64,000 nt of DNA from Spirochaetia bacterium (GCA_965140585.1 OZ223267.1:448001-512000), one strand, 5' to 3'. Counted from the first letter of the stretch, positions 1 through 10,236 are shown. Made by a program: numbers and translations. Notes: generated by a model from the sequence alone, not told the origin.

Positions 1-1248
1 TATACGCTTCAGAAGGCCGGGTTCAATACAAGGGTTATTGAACGCGGGACTGATGTTGAGAAGCGTGCTGCGGCAATAGAGCGTTTTGAGGCGACAGGCG
101 AGTTTTCGACAGCTTCCAACTATGCCTTCGGTGAAGGCGGGGCCGGAACTTTCAGCGACGGAAAGCTGACAAGTCGTACAAAGAGTATAAAGCTTGAACG
201 CAACTATATTTTTGATACCTATATCGAAGCCGGTGCTCCGGCTGAAATAAAGTATATGACTCATCCCCATCTGGGAACTGATAACCTGAAAATGATAGTC
301 AAAAAGCTGAGGTTGATGTACGAGGAGCTCGGCGGAAAAATAATGTTTGAAACAGAACTTACAGACATCATTCCAGATTCATCCGGCGGCAGGATAACTG
401 AAGCAGTTACTCCAGCCGGCTGTCTGCCCTGTGATGCACTGCTCATCGCACCTGGGCACTCGGCTTTTGACACCTACCGTATGCTTATTAAAAGAAATGT
501 ACCGTTCCGGAACAAGAATTTTGCAATAGGAAGCCGGGTGGAACATCCCCAGACCCTGATTAACAGGGCGCAGTGGGGATTAGAGGCTTTGCCGGGCGTA
601 AAGGCGGCAGAATACCGGCTTACATCAAATACAGATGAAGGGCATCCAGTATATACATTCTGCATGTGTCCCGGCGGTAAAATTGTACAGGCGGCTGCAT
701 TTGAGAGCCAGAACATTGTAAACGGTATGAGCGAATATAAGCGGGACGGTAGGTTTGCTAATGCTGCATGTGTTGCCGGAATATCTATAGACAGGATTAC
801 CGGAAGAGAAAGCAGTCCGTTGGAAGCTTTGGACTGGCTTGAAAGCCTTGAACAGCGGTTTTTTAAAGCAACCGGCGGATACTCAGTTCCATGCTGTAGT
901 ATTGCAGACTTTACGGCAGCAAAAAACTCAGGGATACTGCCGGAGACCAGCTACAGTCTCGGCCTTTCCGAATACCCGTTGTGGGAACTTTTTCCGGATT
1001 CTGTTCATAAATCAATTAGAAAAGGTCTTCTGGATTTCTCATCGCGGATTCGGGGATTTGAAATCGGTGTTATAATGGGACTTGAGAGTAAAACAAGTTC
1101 ACCCGTCCAGGTCTGCCGAGATACAGCCGGGCTGGCGGAGGGATTTGAAAACCTTTATATAATAGGAGAGGGCAGCGGATATGCAGGCGGAATTATTTCG
1201 AGCGCTGCAGACGGTGTGAAGGCTGCCATGCATTTACTGAATCAGTGA
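1..1248 (+). CDS. FAD-dependent oxidoreductase/dehydrogenase (COG2509-like), 5'-truncated by window
   Basis: Frame is open from base 1 (YTLQKAG...GEGGAGTFSDGKLTSR) into the 256..1248 ORF; YTFCMCPGG and GEGSGYAGGIISSAADG motifs. Confidence 0.85.
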   Translation, partial: YTLQKAGFNTRVIERGTDVEKRAAAIERFEATGEFSTASNYAFGEGGAGTFSDGKLTSRTKSIKLERNYIFDTYIEAGAPAEIKYMTHPHLGTDNLKMIVKKLRLMYEELGGKIMFETELTDIIPDSSGGRITEAVTPAGCLPCDALLIAPGHSAFDTYRMLIKRNVPFRNKNFAIGSRVEHPQTLINRAQWGLEALPGVKAAEYRLTSNTDEGHPVYTFCMCPGGKIVQAAAFESQNIVNGMSEYKRDGRFANAACVAGISIDRITGRESSPLEALDWLESLEQRFFKATGGYSVPCCSIADFTAAKNSGILPETSYSLGLSEYPLWELFPDSVHKSIRKGLLDFSSRIRGFEIGVIMGLESKTSSPVQVCRDTAGLAEGFENLYIIGEGSGYAGGIISSAADGVKAAMHLLNQ

Positions 1249-1397
1249 GTTTTGAAATTGCCTTAGTATAATAATAGAATTACGAAAAAAAATAAAAAAT
1301 TTCGTTTGGGAAAAAAAAGAAGCGATATTTCTAAAAAATGTCACTATACTCTATTTTGATAATAAATATTATCGAATATTTGACATTAGAGGAAATT

Positions 1398-3785
1398 ATG
1401 GCGTCTGTGAAGAGTAAATCCAATTCCCGGGGGAGACAAGCTCTACTTGCAATCATCTTAAGCATCTTAGCGATAGGTGCTTATGCTTACATAGTTATAA
1501 CATATTTTAATTCGGTTGCTGTTCATATTGAGCGTATCGCCGAGAGTGCGCTAACCGGAACTTCGAAGGAAATTGACAACTGGGTGAAGCAGAAAGAACA
1601 GACTATCGATCTGATCAGCAAGAATATAAAATATTATCCGGATGATCCTGAACAATTACTAAAATTGCTTATGAGTATCAAAGCGGATGACGGCGATTAT
1701 ATCGATATCTTTTTTGGATCTGCAGCCTCGCCGGGTGCTGGCGGTTATGCGGTTTATGCAACAAACTGGACAGTTCCTGAAGATTATGACTGGACATCAC
1801 GAACCTGGTTTATAACCGCACTCGAATACGGCAATACCGTTATAACTCCCCCTTATGTGGATCTTCAGACGGGCAAGACCATTATCTCGATATCAAAACC
1901 TGTTTATGTTGATGGAATTCTTTATGGAGTCATATCGTCAGATATTTCCACAGACATTATCAGTGAAATTATTGAAACAACCTATGCAGCGGAGGGATCG
2001 ATAATAAGACTGTTTAACGGTCAGGGAGACTCCATTAATAGATCGATAGTCAGTGGGGAAAATAGTTATCTTGATATTTCGGATAAAAAATATAATGATG
2101 TATTTAAAGGTTCATTTTTAATTGAAACAGATGCTTTAAGTGATCGGTATACTGCCTACATAGGGCTTACAAAACTGGGCTGGATTTTATCAATAGAAGG
2201 TTCGCTTTCAAGTTTTGAAGATGTTTCAAGGACAGTTCTGTTATTTTTAATTATTCTATTCTCTCTTGCCGCACTTTTTATTTTCATGCTCATTCGCTCG
2301 ATGAGGGCTGCGGGAAAATTATCAGTTGTAAATGAGCAGGTGGAACAAATAAATAGGACGCTTGAGGAGACAGTTGCGGAACGAACTTCTTCTCTTAAAA
2401 ATATCCTTGACAGTGCAGAGGAAGGCTTTTTAACATTCGGTGAAAATTTCCAGGTCAATCCCGACTATTCGAAAGGGTGCACGGATATTTTCGGAAAAGA
2501 AATAAAAGATCTTTCTGTTGCTGATCTTCTTTTTGCAGGTCAAACTGAAATTATTTCGGATTTTAAACAGGGTTTTGGATTATATTTTCAGGGAAAATCC
2601 AAGGCTGAAATTATTTTTGATCTTACTGAAAAAGAAACAGATGTCTTAGGTAAAAATATCCGCATCAGCTATAAAGAGATTGCAGGGAACAAAATATTAT
2701 GTATCCTTCAGGATATCACACTTGAAAAACAGGTTGCAGAAAAGAATCGAAGTGAAGCTGAACGCCAAAACAGGATACTCCGGGCCATTCACAACAAGTA
2801 CTTTTTTGCTCATTTTCTTGAATCTGCAAATAATCTTTTTGCATATCTGGAAGTATATTCTTCCAATTTACCCGTTGAAGAAGAAAAGGTAAATCTGATG
2901 AGAATTCTTCATACGTTTAAAGGAGATTCCGGTTATTTCGGATTCACTGATACACAGAGTTTTGCACATGAATCTGAAACCATGATCTCAGACAGCATGC
3001 TGATTGAAACAAAAATATCATATAAAGAAATACTTATACAGCTTAGAAAATCCTACTTTAAAGAATTGAAATCAATAACAGATACAATGGGCGACGCTTG
3101 GATTGAAGAATCAAATGGAATCATAATTCCACGTCAGGAATTCCAAAAGTTATATGCATATGTTCTAAAGAAAGTCTCTAAAGATAAAAAATTAGCAATG
3201 TTCCTTGATTCATTCAGGAAGATTACGCTCGCTGAGTTATTTTCACGGCTCCCATTTATAGCGGCTGTTTCTGCTGAGAAACTTGGGAAAAGAATAAATC
3301 CAATGGTTATACAGGGTGGGAATTTTAAGATCGTGCCCGATCATTACCTTTCTCTAGTTGAGTCATGTTCCCATATAATCAATAATATGCTTGATCATGG
3401 AATAGAGTATCCATATGAACGTGAATCTCTCCAAAAGACACCAGAGGGTTCAATTATTTTAAATATTACTGTAAATAAAAAATCAATTTCTCTTGAATTC
3501 AGTGATGACGGAAGGGGAATCAATACCAGAATAATTGAGAAAAAAGCAAAGGATTCAGGTCTTATTGCTCAGGATCAAACTCTGCATACTTCCGAGCTAT
3601 ATTCATTACTGTTCGCAGACGGATTCTCAACACGCCAGGATGTTGATATTACTTCTGGGAGAGGTGTAGGACTTGCTTCTGTGAAGCAGGAGGTTGATAA
3701 ACTTGGTGGTTCAATTGAAGTCAGTTCAAAAATTGGCAAAGGTTCTACATTTGAAATTATAATTCCTATTACTAACAGAGTATAA
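1398..3785 (+). CDS. Membrane-bound CheA-like (class III-type) histidine kinase: TM-dCache-TM-PAS-like-Hpt-HATPase, no CheW domain
   Basis: AGAGGA RBS before ATG 1398; Cache motif (RTWF...PYVDLQTGK); Hpt LHTFKGDSG; CheA-type NMLDHGIE, DDGRGI, GFST, SGRGVGL. Confidence 0.85.
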   Translation: MASVKSKSNSRGRQALLAIILSILAIGAYAYIVITYFNSVAVHIERIAESALTGTSKEIDNWVKQKEQTIDLISKNIKYYPDDPEQLLKLLMSIKADDGDYIDIFFGSAASPGAGGYAVYATNWTVPEDYDWTSRTWFITALEYGNTVITPPYVDLQTGKTIISISKPVYVDGILYGVISSDISTDIISEIIETTYAAEGSIIRLFNGQGDSINRSIVSGENSYLDISDKKYNDVFKGSFLIETDALSDRYTAYIGLTKLGWILSIEGSLSSFEDVSRTVLLFLIILFSLAALFIFMLIRSMRAAGKLSVVNEQVEQINRTLEETVAERTSSLKNILDSAEEGFLTFGENFQVNPDYSKGCTDIFGKEIKDLSVADLLFAGQTEIISDFKQGFGLYFQGKSKAEIIFDLTEKETDVLGKNIRISYKEIAGNKILCILQDITLEKQVAEKNRSEAERQNRILRAIHNKYFFAHFLESANNLFAYLEVYSSNLPVEEEKVNLMRILHTFKGDSGYFGFTDTQSFAHESETMISDSMLIETKISYKEILIQLRKSYFKELKSITDTMGDAWIEESNGIIIPRQEFQKLYAYVLKKVSKDKKLAMFLDSFRKITLAELFSRLPFIAAVSAEKLGKRINPMVIQGGNFKIVPDHYLSLVESCSHIINNMLDHGIEYPYERESLQKTPEGSIILNITVNKKSISLEFSDDGRGINTRIIEKKAKDSGLIAQDQTLHTSELYSLLFADGFSTRQDVDITSGRGVGLASVKQEVDKLGGSIEVSSKIGKGSTFEIIIPITNRV

Positions 3786-3803
3786 ATATAAGGAGAAGTA
3801 AAG

Positions 3804-4274
3804 ATGAGAGCGGAATATGCAAATCCATTTATAACCGCAGCCGTGACTACATTTAAAAAGGAGCTGGGAGTACAATTAAATCGTAATGCTTTAAATGTAA
3901 AACAGTCTCCTGTCCCTTCAAAAGATCTATCAATTATTATAGGCGTTACCGGAGCGGTTAAGGGGCAGGTGGTATATTCAATGGACGCCTATGTAGGTAT
4001 GGCTGTTGCAAAAGCAATGCTTCCGGGTAAGCTTCCTGCTGAATTAAAGAAATTAACAAACAGTGCTGTTTCAGAGCTGGCAAATATAATTACAGGCCAG
4101 GCAAGTATCATCCTGGCAGGAGAAAATGATCGGATTGATATAACTCCTCCTGCTGTTTTCAGTGGAGGGGCATCGGTTATTGACTTTTTAACACTTCAGA
4201 CAATATCTCTATCTTTCCTTTCGGAGATAGGTTCTTTTGAGATAAATATTGCGTTAACGGAGGAAGGGCTATGA
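3804..4274 (+). CDS. cheX: CheY-P phosphatase CheX
   Basis: YANPFI, IIGVTGAVKG, SAVSELANIITG (ExxN), DITPP. Confidence 0.9.
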   Translation: MRAEYANPFITAAVTTFKKELGVQLNRNALNVKQSPVPSKDLSIIIGVTGAVKGQVVYSMDAYVGMAVAKAMLPGKLPAELKKLTNSAVSELANIITGQASIILAGENDRIDITPPAVFSGGASVIDFLTLQTISLSFLSEIGSFEINIALTEEGL

Positions 4275-4627
4275 AAAAAGGACTTATAGTAGACGATGCA
4301 GCAGTGATGAGAATGCGTCTCCGGGATATTCTTTCATCAAAGTATTCGATTGTTTCAGAGGCCGAGAACGGTAGGGAAGCAATTGAACTCTATAGAAAAC
4401 ATCAGCCTGATTTTGTTACGATGGACATTTCAATGGCAGAAATGAATGGTATGGAGGCATTAAAAAATCTTCTTGCTGAATTTCCGGATGCAAAGATAAT
4501 TATGGTAAGTGCTGTAGGCCAAAAAGCGCTTGTCTTCGAGGCTCTGAGCATGGGCGCCAAGGATTTTATCATAAAACCTTTTGAAGCGGATCGTGTACTT
4601 CTTTCAATCGATCGAATATTTGGGTGA
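4271..4627 (+). CDS. cheY: Single-domain response regulator CheY
   Basis: IVDD, TMDISM phospho-Asp, VSA, IKPF; ATGA overlap with cheX. Confidence 0.9.
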   Translation: MKKGLIVDDAAVMRMRLRDILSSKYSIVSEAENGREAIELYRKHQPDFVTMDISMAEMNGMEALKNLLAEFPDAKIIMVSAVGQKALVFEALSMGAKDFIIKPFEADRVLLSIDRIFG

Positions 4628-4653
4628 TGAACGTTAAATTTCTAAAAAGAATC

Positions 4654-4688
4654 ATACCATCTTAGCAAACAAATTGCTTGGATGGTAT
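4654..4688 (+). terminator. Hairpin after cheY (putative terminator)
   Basis: ataccatc-tt-agcaa / ttgct-tg-gatggtat inverted repeat; no clear U-tract. Confidence 0.4.
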
Positions 4689-4785
4689 AAATGCTGCGAT
4701 GAATACCATTAATCGGGTAGAAACTTTCTTTACGTATCTTTCTCCAATATAATTTTAGTTAATAACATCTTTTAGCGGAGAAAGA

Positions 4786-7401
4786 TTGCGTATGACTGAA
4801 TCCGGAATAGAAAACGGCCCGAACAAATATCATTCCAGACAGGATTATCTGAACAATATCCTGTATACCGCTATAGGCAGTATTCTGTCAGGAACCCTGA
4901 TAGTCTATCTACTGTTGGGTGTAACGCACCTTATATTTCTCAACGGAACAAACGCATTGATTATGTCTGTTACGGCATTCTCCTCTTCCGGGCTTTTTAT
5001 TATTCTAAAGTTCCTGTATTTAAAGAATAAACTGGATAAAAGAAATGCTCATCTATATTCATTTATTATATTTACAGCTGTTCTGGCAAACTCACTGATT
5101 CATATGCATGTTTCGGCAGATATACTTCAATCGATAAATATTATGATTATTATTATAGGGCTGTCGATGCTCCAGCCTGGTAGAAAATGGTTTATTACTT
5201 CAGCCTGTATAACTCTCGTTTGCTGGGTAATCTTTATTTCAGGAATCGCAGGTGTCAATTATCAGTCTGAATATCTGGTCCATTTTGTATTCAGTATGAC
5301 ATTATCACTTATTTTATCCGTAATATTTCATATTGCTATAAACAGCTTCATAGATAAGAAATATTATTCAGACTTGGAGCAGGCACATAGTAATGATGAA
5401 CTTACAACGGCGCTTGAAAAGGCTGACTATAATGAGAAGGTTTTAAAACGTCTCACGGAACTTGCGAACGAAGGTATCGGCTTTCATGACGGAAAAAGAA
5501 TTGTTAACTGCAATGAACAGTTCAGCAGAATGTTCGGATATTCTTCAAAGGCGGATATTAAAGGCTGTGAGATTCTGTCAATCATTGCTCCTGAGTCTCA
5601 TGAAACCGTTACTATAAAAATTGTAAATTCAATAGCCGGAAATTATGAAGCTCAGGGACTCCGGAAAGACGGAAGTAAATTCCCGATAGAGATGAATGCA
5701 AAGACCATAATTAAAGAGAATGATGAGATGCTCCGAGCCGTCATAGTTCATGATTTAACCGAGCAGAAGCGTACTCAGGAAAAACTTCGCAAGAGTGAAG
5801 AAATGTTCCGTACAATGAGCAAATATTCACCCGTAGGAATTTTTCTTTCAGATCTGGACGGAGACTGTGTATTCGTAAACGACAAGTTTCTGGAGATAAC
5901 CGGCCTGAGCTATAAACAGGCACTTGAAGACGGCTGGAAAAAAATCGTCTACCCGACTGATAAGGCCTCTGTTTATAAAAAATGGGAAGATTTTGTCAGA
6001 ACCAATGAAAATTTTCATACAATGTACAGAATAAAAAGCGGTATTGGAAATATACGCTGGATTGATGTGAGAATCTCAGTTTACCGGGATGGTGATACTA
6101 TCCTGGGCTATGTAGGCACTGTTGAAGACTTCACAGACCAGAGAAGGCAGGAGGAAGAACTGATAGAGTATTCACGGGATCTAGGTGAAATGGTGGAACT
6201 CCGTACCCGTGAACTGGAATCCCTGCAGGATGAACTAATAACACAGCAGCTCTTTCAGAAAGAACTTGAGATCGCTTCGGAAATCCAGATGAGCCTTCTT
6301 CCGACAAAAGCCCCGGTGATTGACGGATTTCAGATTGCCTCAATTGCGATACCGGCTCAGTATGTAAGCGGAGATTTTTATAACTGCTATAATATCACTG
6401 ATGAAATTCTTGAAATAGGAATAGCTGATATTGCAGGAAAGGGTGTGGCGGCTGCGCTGCTTGCCGCCGCTACAAGGGCATTTCTGCGTGCTTCTGTAAG
6501 CGAGGAAAATCTGCCGGATAAATCGCTTGCCTTCCTGAACAGTTCAATGTATGACGATCTTAATAACTCGGAAAAATTTATTACGATGCAGATGACGAGG
6601 ATAGACGGAGGAACCGGCCTGATAAGTTACACAAGCGCAGGGCATACTGAATCATTATTGTATCTCGCAAGAAAAAATAAAGTAGCGAGGCTTCTGCCTA
6701 CAACAATTCCGATCGGCATAGTTGAAGATCTTGTAACCGATATTAAAGAGTTTTATATGCTGCCCGGAGATCTTCTGTTCCTGTACAGTGACGGTGTAAC
6801 TGAAGCTGAAGATGCTGAACATGTTCTATTCGGTCTTGACCGGCTGAAAACTTCTATACAATCATGCTGTGAACAGAATATGGATGCGCCGACAGTGATC
6901 GCTACCTTATACAGTGAGTTAAATGACTTTATGAAGGCGGAAAATCCAAATGATGACATCACGATGGTCGCCATCAGGGCTGAAGAGCAGGAGTTCTCAA
7001 TAGAGGAACCCGGAGACTTTGAACACCTTGATTCTCTGGTTACCTGGGTGAGTGATAAATGCAGACGATACGGTGAAGAAATCATGAATGGCATCGAACT
7101 GGCTGCATCAGAACTAATAACCAATATGATTAAGCACTCTTACGGAAAAGGGGATGATGGAAAAAATGACGGTATAATTTCAATTACGGTTGAATTGAAT
7201 TATAATAATATTGAACTGAATCTGTATGACCGTGGAAAACCTTTTGAAATTACATCTGTGGCTGTACCCGATTTTGCATCACCGAATGAAAGCGGTTATG
7301 GGATATGGATGATCAACCAGATTATGGATTATGTTGAGTATCGTGCAGGCGGAGAAAACAGACCCGAAAATCACTGGATTTTAAGGAAAAATATTTCATA
7401 A
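4786..7401 (+). CDS. Multi-TM, PAS-PAS, SpoIIE/RsbU PP2C phosphatase fused to RsbW-type Ser kinase
   Basis: About 6 TM helices; two PAS; SGDFY, ADIAGKG, SAGH, YSDGVTEA, DDIT; C-terminal ELITNMIKH, DRGKPF, GYGIW. Confidence 0.9.
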   Translation: MRMTESGIENGPNKYHSRQDYLNNILYTAIGSILSGTLIVYLLLGVTHLIFLNGTNALIMSVTAFSSSGLFIILKFLYLKNKLDKRNAHLYSFIIFTAVLANSLIHMHVSADILQSINIMIIIIGLSMLQPGRKWFITSACITLVCWVIFISGIAGVNYQSEYLVHFVFSMTLSLILSVIFHIAINSFIDKKYYSDLEQAHSNDELTTALEKADYNEKVLKRLTELANEGIGFHDGKRIVNCNEQFSRMFGYSSKADIKGCEILSIIAPESHETVTIKIVNSIAGNYEAQGLRKDGSKFPIEMNAKTIIKENDEMLRAVIVHDLTEQKRTQEKLRKSEEMFRTMSKYSPVGIFLSDLDGDCVFVNDKFLEITGLSYKQALEDGWKKIVYPTDKASVYKKWEDFVRTNENFHTMYRIKSGIGNIRWIDVRISVYRDGDTILGYVGTVEDFTDQRRQEEELIEYSRDLGEMVELRTRELESLQDELITQQLFQKELEIASEIQMSLLPTKAPVIDGFQIASIAIPAQYVSGDFYNCYNITDEILEIGIADIAGKGVAAALLAAATRAFLRASVSEENLPDKSLAFLNSSMYDDLNNSEKFITMQMTRIDGGTGLISYTSAGHTESLLYLARKNKVARLLPTTIPIGIVEDLVTDIKEFYMLPGDLLFLYSDGVTEAEDAEHVLFGLDRLKTSIQSCCEQNMDAPTVIATLYSELNDFMKAENPNDDITMVAIRAEEQEFSIEEPGDFEHLDSLVTWVSDKCRRYGEEIMNGIELAASELITNMIKHSYGKGDDGKNDGIISITVELNYNNIELNLYDRGKPFEITSVAVPDFASPNESGYGIWMINQIMDYVEYRAGGENRPENHWILRKNIS

Positions 7402-7499
7402 GGAAAGGAATTGAACTGATGGGGTTGAAACTTAAAACAAAATTTATTGAAAACTTCGGTCCTAATGATGATCCCGTAAAATAGAAAAAGCGGATTGCA

Positions 7500-9440
7500 T
7501 TGTTCAGGTTTCTGGCTTTAATTACAGTCTTTGCCGCCCTAAATTACATAATCTGGCGTTATTTTAAAAGCCTCAATATAAATGCGCTCTGGTTTGCAAT
7601 TCCAGTTGTGATTGCTGAAACTTACGGTATCATCGAAAGCTTTCTTTTTATTTATATGGTCTGGAAGCCAATGAAGAGAACTTCTCCGAAGCCTCCAGAA
7701 AAAGCTGATGTAGATGTATTTATTGTTACCCTTAATGAACCGCCTGAGCTTGTCCGGATTACTGTCGCTGCAGCCTCGCGGATAAACTGGAAGGATAAAA
7801 GTATTCATATTCTTGATGACGGCAACAGGGTTGAAATGAAGTACCTTGCTGAGGAATTTAAATGCGGCTATATTACACGCGGAATCGAATGGGCACATAA
7901 ACCCAGACATGCAAAAGCCGGGAATATAAACAACGCGATGCTTCAGACCTCAGGAGAATTTATTCTGGTTCTGGATGCTGATCAGATTCCGGAAGCGTCG
8001 ATCATAGAAAAAATAATAGGATATTTTGAGGACCCTGAAGTTGCCTTTGTTCAGACTCCGCAGCATTTTTATAATATACCTCCGGGGGATCCATTCGGAA
8101 ACGATGCTCCGCTGTTTTACGGCCCTATACAGGAGGGGAAGGATGGACACAACGCCTCCTACTTCTGCGGGTCAAATGGAATGCTCAGACGTGAGGCCCT
8201 GGTTCAGCTGGGCATTGTCAATTTTGTCGAAGAGATGGAAGCTCAGATAAGGCACGGTATCAAGGCGCTTAAAAAGGAAGCAGGAAGACTGCAGACTGCT
8301 GAACCGGATATAACCCGTCAGGCAAAGCATATCCTTAATATCGGACTGAAAAAAGCAGAAAGGCTTCTGAAGCAGAATGAATCGCTTGAAATAGTCAGCG
8401 ATCAGATTAGGGCGACAATACATAAGGTTGAACATCTTGTAGCAATAGACAGCTTCGATGAAATAGCAGACATGCTAAAGAATCTTGCTGTTAACGGTGA
8501 TATGAATGCTGCTGAGGCATATAACCATATTATTAAGGATGGGGATTCAATTGCTGAACAGACCGGCTCAGCTAAAACAGGGACTTCAATAGGGATTAAT
8601 TCAGATGTATTTGAAAATATAAACCTTACACGTTCGGATGAAGCAATCCCGGTACAGTCAATGTCCACGATAAGTATTACCGAGGATATGGCTACATCCA
8701 TGCGTCTTCATGCAGCTGGGTGGAAAAGCATATATCATTCAGAAATTCTTGCATACGGACTGGCTCCTGAGGATCTTTCCAGTGCCCTGAAGCAGCGGCT
8801 GAGATGGGCTCAGGGAACAATTCAGGTATTTCTAAGATCAAATCCCTTCCTGCTGAAAGGTCTAACTGTTTCCCAGCGACTAATGTATTTTGCTACAATA
8901 AATTCATACTTTAACGGTATCTTCAATCTGCTACTGATAATTTCACCAATCCTTTATCTGTTTACCGGTATTGCCCCGGTCTCTGTCTGGTCCTGGGGCT
9001 TCCTCTTTAGACTTCTTCCATTTTTTATACTAAACAAGATCACATTCCGCTATCTGTCGTGGGGAATCTCGGTATGGAGAGGAGAGCAGTATAATCTTGC
9101 ACTGTTCCCACTGTTTATAAAGGCAACCTTTACAGCCCTGTTTAAAAAAGAATTACCCTTTGTTGTTACATCCAAAGACAGAAAACAGCGAGATAAATCG
9201 AAATTTAAGCTGTTCTGGCCCCAGCTGACGATAATTATATTAACTACAGCGGCAATAATTTATGGTTTTATTAGCTATTTTGTGCTTGGCTCCGAATTAA
9301 CTTTTTTCGGATTATTTATTAATACATTCTGGGGTCTTTATAATGCTATAATGCTTTCAGTAATAATCAGGGCGGCGTTTTACAAATTACCGGAAGGATG
9401 GTTCCCCCGGCCGCCGGAATCAATATTTCAACGCGGATAA
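7500..9440 (+). CDS. Cellulose synthase (BcsA)-like processive GT2 without PilZ; true start may be 7419 with in-frame TAG at 7482
   Basis: LDDG, HAKAGN, DAD, QTPQ, FCGS, TED, QRLRW, FVVTSK; TM helices at both ends. Confidence 0.85.
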   Translation: MFRFLALITVFAALNYIIWRYFKSLNINALWFAIPVVIAETYGIIESFLFIYMVWKPMKRTSPKPPEKADVDVFIVTLNEPPELVRITVAAASRINWKDKSIHILDDGNRVEMKYLAEEFKCGYITRGIEWAHKPRHAKAGNINNAMLQTSGEFILVLDADQIPEASIIEKIIGYFEDPEVAFVQTPQHFYNIPPGDPFGNDAPLFYGPIQEGKDGHNASYFCGSNGMLRREALVQLGIVNFVEEMEAQIRHGIKALKKEAGRLQTAEPDITRQAKHILNIGLKKAERLLKQNESLEIVSDQIRATIHKVEHLVAIDSFDEIADMLKNLAVNGDMNAAEAYNHIIKDGDSIAEQTGSAKTGTSIGINSDVFENINLTRSDEAIPVQSMSTISITEDMATSMRLHAAGWKSIYHSEILAYGLAPEDLSSALKQRLRWAQGTIQVFLRSNPFLLKGLTVSQRLMYFATINSYFNGIFNLLLIISPILYLFTGIAPVSVWSWGFLFRLLPFFILNKITFRYLSWGISVWRGEQYNLALFPLFIKATFTALFKKELPFVVTSKDRKQRDKSKFKLFWPQLTIIILTTAAIIYGFISYFVLGSELTFFGLFINTFWGLYNAIMLSVIIRAAFYKLPEGWFPRPPESIFQRG

Positions 9441-9463
9441 ACTGAAATAGGAGTGAATGCAAA

Positions 9464-9802
9464 ATGGATTTTGAAATTGAAGTACACGAATTCGACAATG
9501 AGAATATAAAAATTACTTTAATCGGACGACTTAATGCTTTAAGTGCTCCTGAACTTAAACGGACCACTGCTAATCTGATTGAAAAAGGCTTTAAGAAAAT
9601 TATTGTAGATTTATCATCCCTCCTGTTTATGGACAGCTCCGGAATGGCTGCGCTGGTTTCAGGCTTAAAGGCAACAAGGGAAGTTGATGGTTTTTTCAGA
9701 CTTTTCGGCGGACAGAAACAGGTAATCTCTGTTCTGAGACTCACAAAACTTGATCGTGTTTTCGAAATTTATCAGGATGAGGATTCAGCCCGTAAAATCT
9801 AA
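9464..9802 (+). CDS. STAS anti-sigma antagonist (RsbV/SpoIIAA-like)
   Basis: GRLNA, VDLS..LFMDSSGM phospho-Ser motif, LTKLD.VF. Confidence 0.9.
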   Translation: MDFEIEVHEFDNENIKITLIGRLNALSAPELKRTTANLIEKGFKKIIVDLSSLLFMDSSGMAALVSGLKATREVDGFFRLFGGQKQVISVLRLTKLDRVFEIYQDEDSARKI

Positions 9803-10236
9803 TAAGGTAAAATCCTTTGTTTACAGCAGTCATCTCCATTAAGGATAGTTTTCTCCAGAACCACCTGTACCTGTTTCCCGAGTAAGTATTCAAAGACTGC
9901 TTTTGTTTTTCCTATTGTACAGTTACAGAAATCCGGATCCACTATTGTACCGTTATTTACCAGAGGGCAGACGCAGGAAGGGGATTCAAGGACAATTGTT
10001 TTTCCTTCTTTGGATAATCTCTGATTATCTTTTAATTGAGGTTGTACCATATCTACCAGGTGATCAATATCCGCAAAATTGGGCAAATCTCCGGTTAAAG
10101 CCCTGGCTAATTCCTTTGAATATTGAGATTTCGCACAAGACTTGCCACATGTTTCCAGGAGTTTCTTGTGATCATCTCCATGCATTAGTTTTTTTACTCT
10201 GTGTATACTATGAATCTTCTCGTACAAAGTATTCAT
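9799..10236 (-). CDS. Small Cys-rich protein (DUF6144/V4R-like)
   Basis: CGKSCA, CVCP, FCNCTIG, GDDCC; GGAG RBS upstream. Confidence 0.65.
   Translation of the reverse strand: MNTLYEKIHSIHRVKKLMHGDDHKKLLETCGKSCAKSQYSKELARALTGDLPNFADIDHLVDMVQPQLKDNQRLSKEGKTIVLESPSCVCPLVNNGTIVDPDFCNCTIGKTKAVFEYLLGKQVQVVLEKTILNGDDCCKQRILPY

Noticed and set aside
7482-7484. Pyrrolysine or genome-wide TAG recoding
   Set aside because: TAG acts as a normal stop elsewhere in the window (flgF, the sigma gene, the second flaA), and no pyl genes are seen
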